From the IMG/VR virus record IMGVR_UViG_3300036770_005754, positions 7,472-71,471 of that record: 64,000 bases of DNA; one strand, given 5' to 3'. Numbering within the stretch: position 1 is the first letter of the stretch; the number at the start of each line of letters is the position of its first letter. Positions 10,700 to 19,861 of this stretch are shown piece after piece. Origin of the DNA: a virus. The notes under the pieces are model-generated. The model was not told where the DNA came from. It saw only the letters and a program-made list of their open reading frames with translations, and did not search any database. A program made the translations under genes and the position numbers.

Positions 10700-11719
10700 T
10701 TAATCCCAAAAGCCCTCTGGAGTTTGGGTTTCATTAGATTCTGCGACTGAAACGAGCCATTGTATTAAATATCTCGCCAGCTGGTAATAATTTTGTATTG
10801 GTATATCGACAGTCTTTACGGACCTGAATTTGTCTGTAAAAGTTATCCTATCCAACCCATGCTTTCTGGTTCTCACACCAATTATATAAGAATTAGTATT
10901 AGCCACCTTTATGGCGTTCGCGTCACGCCCTAATCTGTCTGCCAATTTGTGCTTAGAACCACCAGCATAAAACCAAGTCGAGTCCGGACCATAGCCGAAT
11001 TCTCCAGAATCTTGTAATAACACGCCACTACACTCGATCCGAATAGTGTCTCCTTCAACACTAACAATCGTATTTGGGTATTCAGACGCTGCACGACGAA
11101 TAGCTGTTGACAGTAATTTCAACGGGCTTATATCGCCGCGTTCCCCTCCGACCATACCGACCGCTTCTCTGACCTTACTCGAAGCAAATCTGGCCAGTTG
11201 TATTGGGCTAGCATTATCCCTATAATTTAGAGCGTGAGATAACCAATTACTTTGATCTAGATAGTCTATTATCTCCCCACCATGATGCAGCATATTCATT
11301 AGACGATCTACGGCAATTATTTTCTCACGATGGGTTGTGGCATTAACAGCGTCTAATAATTCAGCGTATATGTGCTGCCAAACCCTGTCGACTGCTTTGT
11401 ATGATCTTGTGTCTATGACATTTTTCAGGAATTCTGCTATGTCTTTCTTCGATACAGCAACTTCATCCTGACTCAGACCTTTGTAGTACCAACGGTCGCT
11501 CAACAATGCGCGTGTAGTAGACCCTAGGCGGCTGATACATATATTTGTCAATTGTTTTATCAAGTCATTTAAAATAAAATCGACATAGAATTTGGCGAAA
11601 CGTTGTATATCTTGATCATCTCTATTAGTTGGTTCGGTGCTCGCATATAACAATAGATACATATCAAAGAAGTCTGAACGGCTAAAACCTTCTTCAATTA
11701 AGATATTAGATATTTTCAT
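10700..11719 (-). CDS. Hypothetical protein (N-terminus MKISNILIEE)
   Basis: 339-aa ORF; upstream GGAG. Confidence 0.7.
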   Translation of the reverse strand: MKISNILIEEGFSRSDFFDMYLLLYASTEPTNRDDQDIQRFAKFYVDFILNDLIKQLTNICISRLGSTTRALLSDRWYYKGLSQDEVAVSKKDIAEFLKNVIDTRSYKAVDRVWQHIYAELLDAVNATTHREKIIAVDRLMNMLHHGGEIIDYLDQSNWLSHALNYRDNASPIQLARFASSKVREAVGMVGGERGDISPLKLLSTAIRRAASEYPNTIVSVEGDTIRIECSGVLLQDSGEFGYGPDSTWFYAGGSKHKLADRLGRDANAIKVANTNSYIIGVRTRKHGLDRITFTDKFRSVKTVDIPIQNYYQLARYLIQWLVSVAESNETQTPEGFWD

Positions 11720-11731
11720 ATTGACTCCAAT

Positions 11732-12058
11732 ATGTTAATTTTGAACAATGAGGACATTAAAATGCGTCTAATAGTGTTCGAAATGCCGACCAAACACGAT
11801 GAAAGATGCAAATGGCTGGATGGCATACTGATGAGCGACGAGTTAAGCCAACTAGTAGTTGAACTTAATACAATATACCAAAACGAAATTACAGCAGTAA
11901 CAGCTGAAGAATTATTAGGAGAAGAATTAAATCAATTTCTCAGCCACGGTTTTATAGCAATATCGAACATAAATATATCAACGATATTACAAAACCCAAA
12001 GATGTTACATGAATTGAAAACGCTTCGACGAGCATCTCATAGCTTAAGTAGTAAATAG
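11732..12058 (+). CDS. Hypothetical protein
   Basis: 108-aa ORF at the start of a run of + strand genes. Confidence 0.55.
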   Translation: MLILNNEDIKMRLIVFEMPTKHDERCKWLDGILMSDELSQLVVELNTIYQNEITAVTAEELLGEELNQFLSHGFIAISNINISTILQNPKMLHELKTLRRASHSLSSK

Positions 12059-12077
12059 TATATCGAAAGGATTTAAA

Positions 12078-12476
12078 ATGAAACAACAGCACATATCGAA
12101 ACAAAAATCACACACACAACCTATAGTTCAAGACCAGCGACGGCCAAAAAATGTGGAAACCATAGATCTGTCAAAAGCAAATTCACCGGTCAGGACAGTA
12201 AACTTCGTCGAAGTAGGCGACATGGTCGGTAAGCAGCTACAACTAATATTGCAAAGATTAAACGCAACACATGATACAGCCAAGGGTGGTATACACTACT
12301 TCTTACCGATTCGTCATGGAAAAGTAGGTTCAGACATAGTTTTTGAAGAAGAATTCGAAAAGATCGGCAATGAAATATTCGAAGTAATAGACGAAAATGG
12401 CCATAAACTAGAAAATTGCAGAATCAAACTCAAAAATGGCGCTAAAGAAGTCACGATAATCAGACAAAAGATTTGA
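12078..12476 (+). CDS. Hypothetical protein
   Basis: 132-aa ORF; AAGGA upstream. Confidence 0.65.
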   Translation: MKQQHISKQKSHTQPIVQDQRRPKNVETIDLSKANSPVRTVNFVEVGDMVGKQLQLILQRLNATHDTAKGGIHYFLPIRHGKVGSDIVFEEEFEKIGNEIFEVIDENGHKLENCRIKLKNGAKEVTIIRQKI

Positions 12477-12483
12477 GGATAAA

Positions 12484-12786
12484 ATGGCACTAGAACCAAA
12501 GAAGATAAATGTTGAAAGAACTCTAGAACTACTACAAACGCAGGGTAATAAAGATTCTTGTAATAGCTGGCGAACGCTGTGTAACAAATTATACTCGATA
12601 TTACTATCTGGTAATGCTCTTGGCAGCAATGACACAATGAGACTATGCCACTTGCTGAATAATATGAATTACGAAGAACGCAGAGAACACATATTATCGA
12701 ATTGGGGTCCGCAATATGCAAGCAAGTGCGAAATACTACTGAAGCAATTGGAATCTTTAGAATCTAAAATGAACCGGGAGAAGTAA
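12484..12786 (+). CDS. Hypothetical protein
   Basis: 100-aa ORF; GAGG upstream. Confidence 0.65.
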   Translation: MALEPKKINVERTLELLQTQGNKDSCNSWRTLCNKLYSILLSGNALGSNDTMRLCHLLNNMNYEERREHILSNWGPQYASKCEILLKQLESLESKMNREK

Positions 12787-13194
12787 ATGGGTGAAGTACA
12801 CAAGGTGGGTGATAATATATCCGGTCAGCATCCATCAGTATTTGAATTGGTATTAAATGACCATATAAGATACGTAGATCCAAAAGACTATGGGCTAGAC
12901 CAACAATATTCTTTAGACCCATCCTCGTATTTCATAACTAGTGGTGATGCAGTTGAAAAAGCCAAAATTCTCGAAAGAGATATCTGGTTGCTTGTAAACA
13001 AGCTGCGTAAAGAACTACAACAAGGTGATGAAAATTTCAGTGCGTATACCGCTGAAATATTAATAACAGCGAAACAAGCAACGAATCTTCATCAAGCTTT
13101 GAAGGTAGCCAAAGGTACTAATTGTTTTTTAGAAACGGAATGGGAAAACCACCGTTTGCTTTGTATTCCTAAGAACCCACGAGCGAGAGAATGA
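12787..13194 (+). CDS. Hypothetical protein
   Basis: 135-aa ORF abutting both neighbours. Confidence 0.65.
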   Translation: MGEVHKVGDNISGQHPSVFELVLNDHIRYVDPKDYGLDQQYSLDPSSYFITSGDAVEKAKILERDIWLLVNKLRKELQQGDENFSAYTAEILITAKQATNLHQALKVAKGTNCFLETEWENHRLLCIPKNPRARE

Positions 13195-13892
13195 CACGAC
13201 AATACGACGGAAAATACATTGTATTCGAAGGCGGAGATTATGCCGGTAAATCAACAACACTATCAATGGTTGCTTTGAAACTCCAAGAGATTTGTGATAG
13301 GAAAGTCCATATTACACGACATCCTGGAAGCACTGAGCTTGGTGGTGGATTGCGTGAGCTGATTAAAAATAAGAATCTTGTCGTGGACCCAATAGCAAGA
13401 CAATGTGTATACGCAGCTGACGCCATAAATTTTGTCAACACAATGCTGATACCGGCCCTGGAGAACGGCGATATAGTCTTAGCAGATAGAAGTTCATTTA
13501 TTAGCGGATTGATATACTCCAGCGCCGACGAGATAAGTAAAGAAACTTATAATAAAATCTGGACAATCGTGAACCCTCCGAAGATAGATAGATTATATAT
13601 TTTACAATGTGATGATAGTACATTACTAAATAGAATGGCATTAAGATCCAATGAAGATCATTATGATAATAAGCCGTTTGAATTCATGAAAGCCGTACAC
13701 GACCAATACTCCAATTTAGTCATGCAATGTAGAAAACATGTCGAAAACGCTGGTGGCTGCTTTGACAAGATCGAGAGGATATTTTCTTTAGTCGATGTAA
13801 ATGATGTCATCGGTGTCGATAGTTCCCGAAACATGGGCTCGATAGTGGAATCGATAATTGGAGATATTCGATTAATGATTCACCCTTCTTAG
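13191..13892 (+). CDS. tmk: Thymidylate (dNMP) kinase, copy 1
   Basis: IVFEGGDYAGKST P-loop; IVLADRS; IDRLYILQCD. Confidence 0.85.
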   Translation: MTRQYDGKYIVFEGGDYAGKSTTLSMVALKLQEICDRKVHITRHPGSTELGGGLRELIKNKNLVVDPIARQCVYAADAINFVNTMLIPALENGDIVLADRSSFISGLIYSSADEISKETYNKIWTIVNPPKIDRLYILQCDDSTLLNRMALRSNEDHYDNKPFEFMKAVHDQYSNLVMQCRKHVENAGGCFDKIERIFSLVDVNDVIGVDSSRNMGSIVESIIGDIRLMIHPS

Positions 13893-13904
13893 TCGTAAAC
13901 AACG

Positions 13905-14171
13905 TTATCGACAGCCCACAAAAAATATCGATTTAATTTTTAATAGAATCAGATGTATTAAAGAACAAGACTCTTTCTTGCGATCCTTTGGCGTGCCTTT
14001 GAGTTTCATTAATCTCTTCTCTAGCATAGACTCTCTATCGCTAAGCCTCCTGCCCTCGACAATTTGCAATCCTCGCTGTCTGAGGTTCAGCGCCAATGAC
14101 ATGAAATCATCGGCCTCCTCATTACCAGTATGAATTTTAAACTTTTCGTCGTAAGCTTTGTAAGACCACAT
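13905..14171 (-). CDS. Possible hypothetical protein
   Basis: Fills the gap between tmk and dut if started at MWSYK (14171); only 12 nt from the divergent dut start. Confidence 0.35.
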   Translation of the reverse strand: MWSYKAYDEKFKIHTGNEEADDFMSLALNLRQRGLQIVEGRRLSDRESMLEKRLMKLKGTPKDRKKESCSLIHLILLKIKSIFFVGCR

Positions 14172-14183
14172 GGAGAACTTCCA

Positions 14184-14657
14184 ATGATTTCTGAAACAAG
14201 TGACAATCCGTTTATTTACGAACACGTAGGTATCAGGTTAGAATTCAAAAGAATTTCTGAGAAAGGCAAGATACCATTCAGAAAAAGGCCGACAGATGCC
14301 GGGTATGACCTCTATTCTATTGAAACAGTAGACCTCCGACCAAACTCTGCTACGTTAATCAGGACAGGTATCGCAATAGCGTGCCCGCCAGGGTACTACT
14401 ATACGATCGAGGGAAGATCTAGTTTATGGACTAAAGGAGTGTTTCCTAATCGAGGTATAATAGACTCCACGTTTACGGATGAGGTAATCGTATCGATGGT
14501 CAATGTGTCAGATAAAATATTCACAGTACAAGATGGAGATAGAATCGCTCAAATTATACTTAGTAAACAATATGACGCAAACTTCGTGTTGGTCGAAAAA
14601 TTCTCTGACGCCTATAACCAGCGTGGTACAGCAGGATTCGGTAGTAGCGGTAGATGA
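14184..14657 (+). CDS. dut: dUTP diphosphatase (trimeric dUTPase)
   Basis: DAGYDL, GRSSL, GIIDSTF, RIAQII, RGTAGFGSSG. Start moved to the ATG at 14184, which has GGAGA upstream. Confidence 0.95.
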   Translation: MISETSDNPFIYEHVGIRLEFKRISEKGKIPFRKRPTDAGYDLYSIETVDLRPNSATLIRTGIAIACPPGYYYTIEGRSSLWTKGVFPNRGIIDSTFTDEVIVSMVNVSDKIFTVQDGDRIAQIILSKQYDANFVLVEKFSDAYNQRGTAGFGSSGR

Positions 14658-14710
14658 TTAGTGTGACCAAGGACTGGTGATTACTGCTAAATACCGATGA
14701 AAGGAAACAG

Positions 14711-15004
14711 ATGTATTACGTCGTAACTTTTGCGAAAGTAATGATAGGCAAAAGCGGCATAGAAATACATGGTACATATTTCGGCGGCGTCTCTGAGGAA
14801 GAAGATGAGGCTAGCAAAATAGCTCACGAATGCGTTGGACGTGTAAAAAACGGCACTACTTTAGTGAAAATCATACACACAGATGACAAGATCATATTCA
14901 ATGCTATGAGCGATGCGATCAAAAAATTTGAAATAATAGTTTCACAAATGCAAGAGGCTGACAAAATAATCAATAGGACCCAAAGTAAAAATGATATGGT
15001 ATAG
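14711..15004 (+). CDS. Hypothetical protein
   Basis: 97-aa ORF; AAGGA upstream. Confidence 0.65.
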   Translation: MYYVVTFAKVMIGKSGIEIHGTYFGGVSEEEDEASKIAHECVGRVKNGTTLVKIIHTDDKIIFNAMSDAIKKFEIIVSQMQEADKIINRTQSKNDMV

Positions 15005-15335
15005 CCAACAGTTACGATGTAAAGGGCAACCAACAAATGTTGAAATAACTTTAAAAGGAGAATACTTCAGAAACGGAAACAAAAATACAGTAATAATTAA
15101 AGCTGAATCCAGATTAGTTGATGAAAGTCGTCCTGAACAAGACGACATAAACTACGTGACAGAATTATATAATAACGGATCAGTCTCCATGAGGGTGGAA
15201 ATACCGACACCGGAAGACGTTTTACAGAAACATTCTAACAGAATAACGAAGATTAGAGCTAATTTAGAAAACAAGGAGTATGATCTAATATTTCCAACAA
15301 GGAAATACCGTCAGGCAAATATCAAAACGAATTGA
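14991..15335 (+). CDS. Hypothetical protein
   Basis: 114-aa ORF overlapping the upstream gene. Confidence 0.6.
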   Translation: MIWYSQQLRCKGQPTNVEITLKGEYFRNGNKNTVIIKAESRLVDESRPEQDDINYVTELYNNGSVSMRVEIPTPEDVLQKHSNRITKIRANLENKEYDLIFPTRKYRQANIKTN

Positions 15336-15405
15336 ACATTACCTGAATTACAGACAAATATACTAGATGGTGATGTGCTAATTAGCACAAGGAATACTTT
15401 AACAT

Positions 15406-16872
15406 ATGGAACTCTACCAAACACTAACTAGAACCATCACCGAAGAAATCGACTATACTAATACACCCCCAGAAATAGTGGATAGGTTGAGACCACTCAA
15501 ATCACACGAACAAGAATGGGGAATCAGAGAATACCACAACGGAGAAAACATCGACAATATCCTAGACTCAATAGAAATCTACAACAACAACATAAGAGAT
15601 AACAGATACAACAGCATACTAGTCAGACACAACCGTAACTACAAGAACATATTCAACTACACCTCCAGAATCATCCACAGCGCCCTCACAGAATTTGAAG
15701 AACTGAGGGCCCCAAAACCCAGCAACCGCAAACTCCAAGAATCCCACAGAAACTGGAGCATTGAAGAACCGCCATACTCGGAAATACTAGTTGATAACAA
15801 CAGATTAAGAATAGTAAAAGTACAAAGGGCCGATGATACTGGGAAAGCGGCTAAAATAGCCAGCGATATGAGTCACAAATCAGAATGGTGTACGGTTAAT
15901 GTTGGAAAAGCTGATGACTACCTTAGTAGGGGTAACCTGTACTTCATTCTACTTGATGGTGAGAAGTATTTATATCATGCCGAAGCCCAACAGTTAATGG
16001 ATTTTGGGAATAGGCCTTTTAGGATTTCTGAGGAGGTTTATTATTTACTGTCAGATTATATTCCTGATATTGGTTTATTCATGGAGGATGAGCATAGCGA
16101 GATTTATAAGAATGCCGCTATAAAGTATCCTCTGGTTGCTTGTATGTATGCTCGTGACGTTCTAAGAGGCAGGTGGCCAGAAGCAGAATCAATTATAATG
16201 AAGGACCCTTTGGTTGCTTACAATTATGCTGTTGATACCATTAAAAGTAGATGGTTTGAGGCAGAACCGGCTATAATGAAGTATCCTAAGGCTGCTTGCG
16301 TGTATGCTTATAGCGTTCTAAGAGGCAGGTGGATAGAAGCAGAGCCGATTATAATCCAAGACCCTTGGTCCGCTGCCCATTATACTCATCACGTTCTCAA
16401 ACGTAGGTGGCCTGGAGCAGAACCGATAATAATGAAAGATCCGGATTCTGCTTGTGATTATGCTATTTATGTTCTTAAACGTAGATGGCCAGAAGCAGAA
16501 CCAAACATAATGAAGAACGCTGGGGCCGCTACCAATTATGCTATTAATATTCTTGAACGCAGGTGGCTGGAAGTAGAACCAATTATAATGAAGGACCCTT
16601 GGTCCGCAAACCACTACGCTAGATATGTTCTAGAACGAAGGTGGCCTGAGGCAGAACCAATTATAATGAATGATCATTGGGCTGCCTTCTATTATGCTCG
16701 GGATGTCCTTAAACGTGAATGGCCAGAAGCAGAACCAAACATAATGAAAAACCCTGGAGGGGCCCATAGTTATGCTAAATATATTCTTAAACGCAGGTGG
16801 CCAGAAGCAGAACCAAACATAATGAAAGACCCTAACGCCGCGAAGCATTACAAAGAAGACTTCGATATATGA
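15406..16872 (+). CDS. 26-aa repeat family protein, paralog 1 (9 full repeats plus capping unit)
   Basis: ~235-aa N-terminal region shared with three paralogs (contains SEWCT...LYFILLDGEKY...QLMDF), then repeats of MKDPxxAxxYAxxVLxRRWPEAEPxI. Confidence 0.9.
   Translation: MELYQTLTRTITEEIDYTNTPPEIVDRLRPLKSHEQEWGIREYHNGENIDNILDSIEIYNNNIRDNRYNSILVRHNRNYKNIFNYTSRIIHSALTEFEELRAPKPSNRKLQESHRNWSIEEPPYSEILVDNNRLRIVKVQRADDTGKAAKIASDMSHKSEWCTVNVGKADDYLSRGNLYFILLDGEKYLYHAEAQQLMDFGNRPFRISEEVYYLLSDYIPDIGLFMEDEHSEIYKNAAIKYPLVACMYARDVLRGRWPEAESIIMKDPLVAYNYAVDTIKSRWFEAEPAIMKYPKAACVYAYSVLRGRWIEAEPIIIQDPWSAAHYTHHVLKRRWPGAEPIIMKDPDSACDYAIYVLKRRWPEAEPNIMKNAGAATNYAINILERRWLEVEPIIMKDPWSANHYARYVLERRWPEAEPIIMNDHWAAFYYARDVLKREWPEAEPNIMKNPGGAHSYAKYILKRRWPEAEPNIMKDPNAAKHYKEDFDI
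16120..16860 (+). repeat. Coding tandem array of ~78-nt units
   Basis: Recurrent TGGCCAGAAGCAGAACCA core at ~78-nt spacing. Confidence 0.9.
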
Positions 16873-18011
16873 AACTGTGCCAAATACTAACCAGAACCCT
16901 CACCGAAGAAATAGACTACACCAACATACCCCCAGAAATAGCAGACAGACTAAAACCACTCAAACCACACGAACAAGAATGGGGAATCAGAGAATACCAC
17001 AACGGAGAAACCATAAACAACATCCTAGATTCCATAGAAATCTACAACAATAACATAAAAGACAACAGATACAGCAGCATACTAGCCAGACACAACCCCA
17101 ACTACAAGAACATATTCAACTACACCTCCAGGATAATCCACAGCGCCCTCACAGAATTTGAAGAACTAAGGGCACCAAAACCCAGCAACCGCAAACTCCA
17201 AGAATCCCGCAAGAACTGGAGTATTGAAGAACCACCATACTCAGAAATCCTAGTCAACAATAATAGGTTAAGAGTAATAAAAGTCAAGAGAGTCGATGAT
17301 ACTGGGAAAGCTGCTAAAATAGCTAATGACATGAGCCACAAGTCAGAATGGTGCACAGTCAATGTCGAAAAAGCAGATCATTACCTTGGCAGGGATGATT
17401 TGTACTTCATTCTGCTTGATGGTGAGAAGTACTTGTGCCATATCAAGTCTAAACAACTGATGGATTTTTGGAATAGGCCTTTTAGGATTTCCGAGGAGCT
17501 TTACCATTTACTATCAGATTATGTCCCTGATATTGGTTTATTCATCAAGGACAAACATAGTGAGATTTACAAGAATATTGTTATAAAGCACCCTAAGGCT
17601 GCTTACGATTATGCTTCACGTGTTCTTGGACGTAGATGGCCCGAGGCAGAACCAACCATAATCAAGGACCCTTTTATCGCTTATAGTTATGCTCGATATG
17701 TTCTAGATCGTCGATGGCCAGAAGCAGAACCAATCATAATGAGGGACGCTAAGGCCGCTGCCTATTATGCTCATCATGTTCTAGATCGTCGCTCCGTTGC
17801 CAGGTCGAGAATCCGCAGCCGGTGGCTCGAGGCAGAACCAATCATAATGAATGACCCTTGGGCTGCCGCCTATTATGCTATTTATGTTCTAGAACGTAGG
17901 TGGCCAGAAGTAGAACCGATGATAATGAAAGACCATAATGCTGCGAAACAGTACAAGGAGTTCTTCGGCATGCCTGGATGCTGTGAGTCATGCGAACAGT
18001 GGCTTTACTAA
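16869..18011 (+). CDS. 26-aa repeat family protein, paralog 2 (4 full repeats plus capping unit)
   Basis: Same N-terminal region and repeat consensus; ATGA overlap with paralog 1. Confidence 0.9.
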   Translation: MKLCQILTRTLTEEIDYTNIPPEIADRLKPLKPHEQEWGIREYHNGETINNILDSIEIYNNNIKDNRYSSILARHNPNYKNIFNYTSRIIHSALTEFEELRAPKPSNRKLQESRKNWSIEEPPYSEILVNNNRLRVIKVKRVDDTGKAAKIANDMSHKSEWCTVNVEKADHYLGRDDLYFILLDGEKYLCHIKSKQLMDFWNRPFRISEELYHLLSDYVPDIGLFIKDKHSEIYKNIVIKHPKAAYDYASRVLGRRWPEAEPTIIKDPFIAYSYARYVLDRRWPEAEPIIMRDAKAAAYYAHHVLDRRSVARSRIRSRWLEAEPIIMNDPWAAAYYAIYVLERRWPEVEPMIMKDHNAAKQYKEFFGMPGCCESCEQWLY

Positions 18012-18059
18012 CGTATAAGACGATAGTGCAAATCAACAAAAGAAGCGATTCTGTCGACA

Positions 18060-19817
18060 TTAGCCTTGCCAACTATCACCATTATAAAACATAAGCCTAG
18101 TACCATTATACCAAAAATCACCAAATTTAGGATCTCTACCTAATAGAATTCTCAACCTTGGTAATACGTCGTTGTTGTAAGTAGTAGGGTTGTCACCTAG
18201 AGTGTCTGCGGAAACGGTCATTTTGACACAACGGTGAGCCAGAGCGCCTGTATAACCATATTTATCTATAGAAGAATTTGGCACAATCCCGACCACTGAC
18301 TCTAAGTCAATTTGATTACCTAATCCTTGGTCCTGCTCTGTGATATACCTATTAGAATCGCTAGGGTAGATAGGCACACTCAATCTTGCCGTACTACCGA
18401 CCATAGCTCTTGATTCGCCGATTGTAGGAATATATTTCGGGACTCTACTGATGCCAAAGGAACTTATTCTAGTCGAAGATTTGGAAAATTCGGTGTCGAT
18501 AGGTGATCCAACAATCGAATCAAAAGAATCAAAGAATTGATCTATATCGTTTGTAAATTTGTCCCATAAGCTTGATAAAACAACATGACCGCGTCCGAAA
18601 TGCTGGTTGAAACTAGATGATGAGCCGCCGGTAATCAACTTTAGGTTGTTAGAAGGTACTATCTCAATTATCTCGCCGTCAGTAAAACTTCTGGTTAGAT
18701 CTAAAGTCGCAAATTCAATTATTGCAGTGCTTGGAGAACCACCAACTTCTGAATCTGTTACATTGTATGTGGCGAAAAACATCCTCAATTCGTTGGTACC
18801 AGTTCCGATTCTCTCTATTCTGGAAACCCATACAGGGAAAAAGGTGCCGCTCGAATCGCCGGTAGGATTGTCTCCAGCAGGAGCAACTATGTCGAATTCT
18901 CTAAACAAACCAGCGGGAATAACTATATTATCAATTGAAGTCCTTGATGCTTTCGCATCAAAAGGATAATTGAACGATACTAGCCAAGATTGGTTGTCAC
19001 TATCTAATTGTGGTATAGCATTCCATGCACTATCTGTTAATAGACCAGTACCATGTGATAAAGATGATTCTGAAAAATCGTCTGTTACATTAGTACCACC
19101 AGGTACTGTGTCGATTATCTCGTAAATCGCAGGAAAATCATATAAACCATCAGAATTGCTGTCAGTCACATTCCCAGGAGGTGCTAGCAAATTCAGGAAA
19201 TCTCTGACAATCTCGTCGTTCGTATCAAGTGTCCTAAAAGTGATGAATCCGGTAACAGTTTCAGACTCAGTTGGACTTATGACTATAGTCTCTTCGATAG
19301 CATCAACTACCTGCAATCTCAAATACTGATAAGTCAATGCACTATCGATTTTGTAATCTGCGTAGAATATCGCCACTTCTACTGAAGAATTCTCAACGTT
19401 CCCGGTGAATATGAGTCTAAGGTCGCCTGTATACCCATTAGTCACATTATTCTCGCCCGACATCCTTTTTATCTTTGCCAATCTGAGATTCTCCCATTTC
19501 TTCGGTAGCGAAGCATGGAAATCCCATATGAACTTTGGAGGTATTTCTTCATATCCTGCATTCGAAGCGACGATCGGAGATACTAAAAATGGGAATAGGT
19601 TCTCCTTGCCGATCGCTAGTTGAAGGACATCAACTGCTTTTGCAAGGACAAGCTGTCTGACGGCTAAGTCAGCTATCGGCCTATTCAAAACTTCATAGAA
19701 TGCTGGGTCGACAGCAGTCAACCATCTAATATTCAGAGTTGGGTCTCCACCCGTGAGACTACTGAATAGCGTTCCTGGTGATTTTGTCGGGACTTTGGCT
19801 GGTGTGATAGTAGGAAT
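18060..19817 (-). CDS. Putative virion structural (tail/baseplate-type) protein; start probably at ATT 19817 rather than TTG 19721
   Basis: S/T/G-rich 553+ aa ORF among structural-type genes. Frame is open upstream of 19721; AAGGAG sits 8 nt before an in-frame ATT. Confidence 0.6.
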   Translation of the reverse strand: MPTITPAKVPTKSPGTLFSSLTGGDPTLNIRWLTAVDPAFYEVLNRPIADLAVRQLVLAKAVDVLQLAIGKENLFPFLVSPIVASNAGYEEIPPKFIWDFHASLPKKWENLRLAKIKRMSGENNVTNGYTGDLRLIFTGNVENSSVEVAIFYADYKIDSALTYQYLRLQVVDAIEETIVISPTESETVTGFITFRTLDTNDEIVRDFLNLLAPPGNVTDSNSDGLYDFPAIYEIIDTVPGGTNVTDDFSESSLSHGTGLLTDSAWNAIPQLDSDNQSWLVSFNYPFDAKASRTSIDNIVIPAGLFREFDIVAPAGDNPTGDSSGTFFPVWVSRIERIGTGTNELRMFFATYNVTDSEVGGSPSTAIIEFATLDLTRSFTDGEIIEIVPSNNLKLITGGSSSSFNQHFGRGHVVLSSLWDKFTNDIDQFFDSFDSIVGSPIDTEFSKSSTRISSFGISRVPKYIPTIGESRAMVGSTARLSVPIYPSDSNRYITEQDQGLGNQIDLESVVGIVPNSSIDKYGYTGALAHRCVKMTVSADTLGDNPTTYNNDVLPRLRILLGRDPKFGDFWYNGTRLMFYNGDSWQG

Positions 19818-19861
19818 GGCTGATGCTCCTTGTATATCTAATTAAGATAATTTTGATCTGC

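Noticed and set aside
16869-17560. A/C-rich and G/T-rich blocks as the arms of one long hairpin
   Set aside because: The reverse complement of the G/T block shows no sequence match to the A/C block by eye; only composition is complementary.
16120-18000. 78-nt periodic repeats as a CRISPR array
   Set aside because: Units are in frame and degenerate, vary by codon, have no unique spacers between identical repeats, and no cas genes are present.
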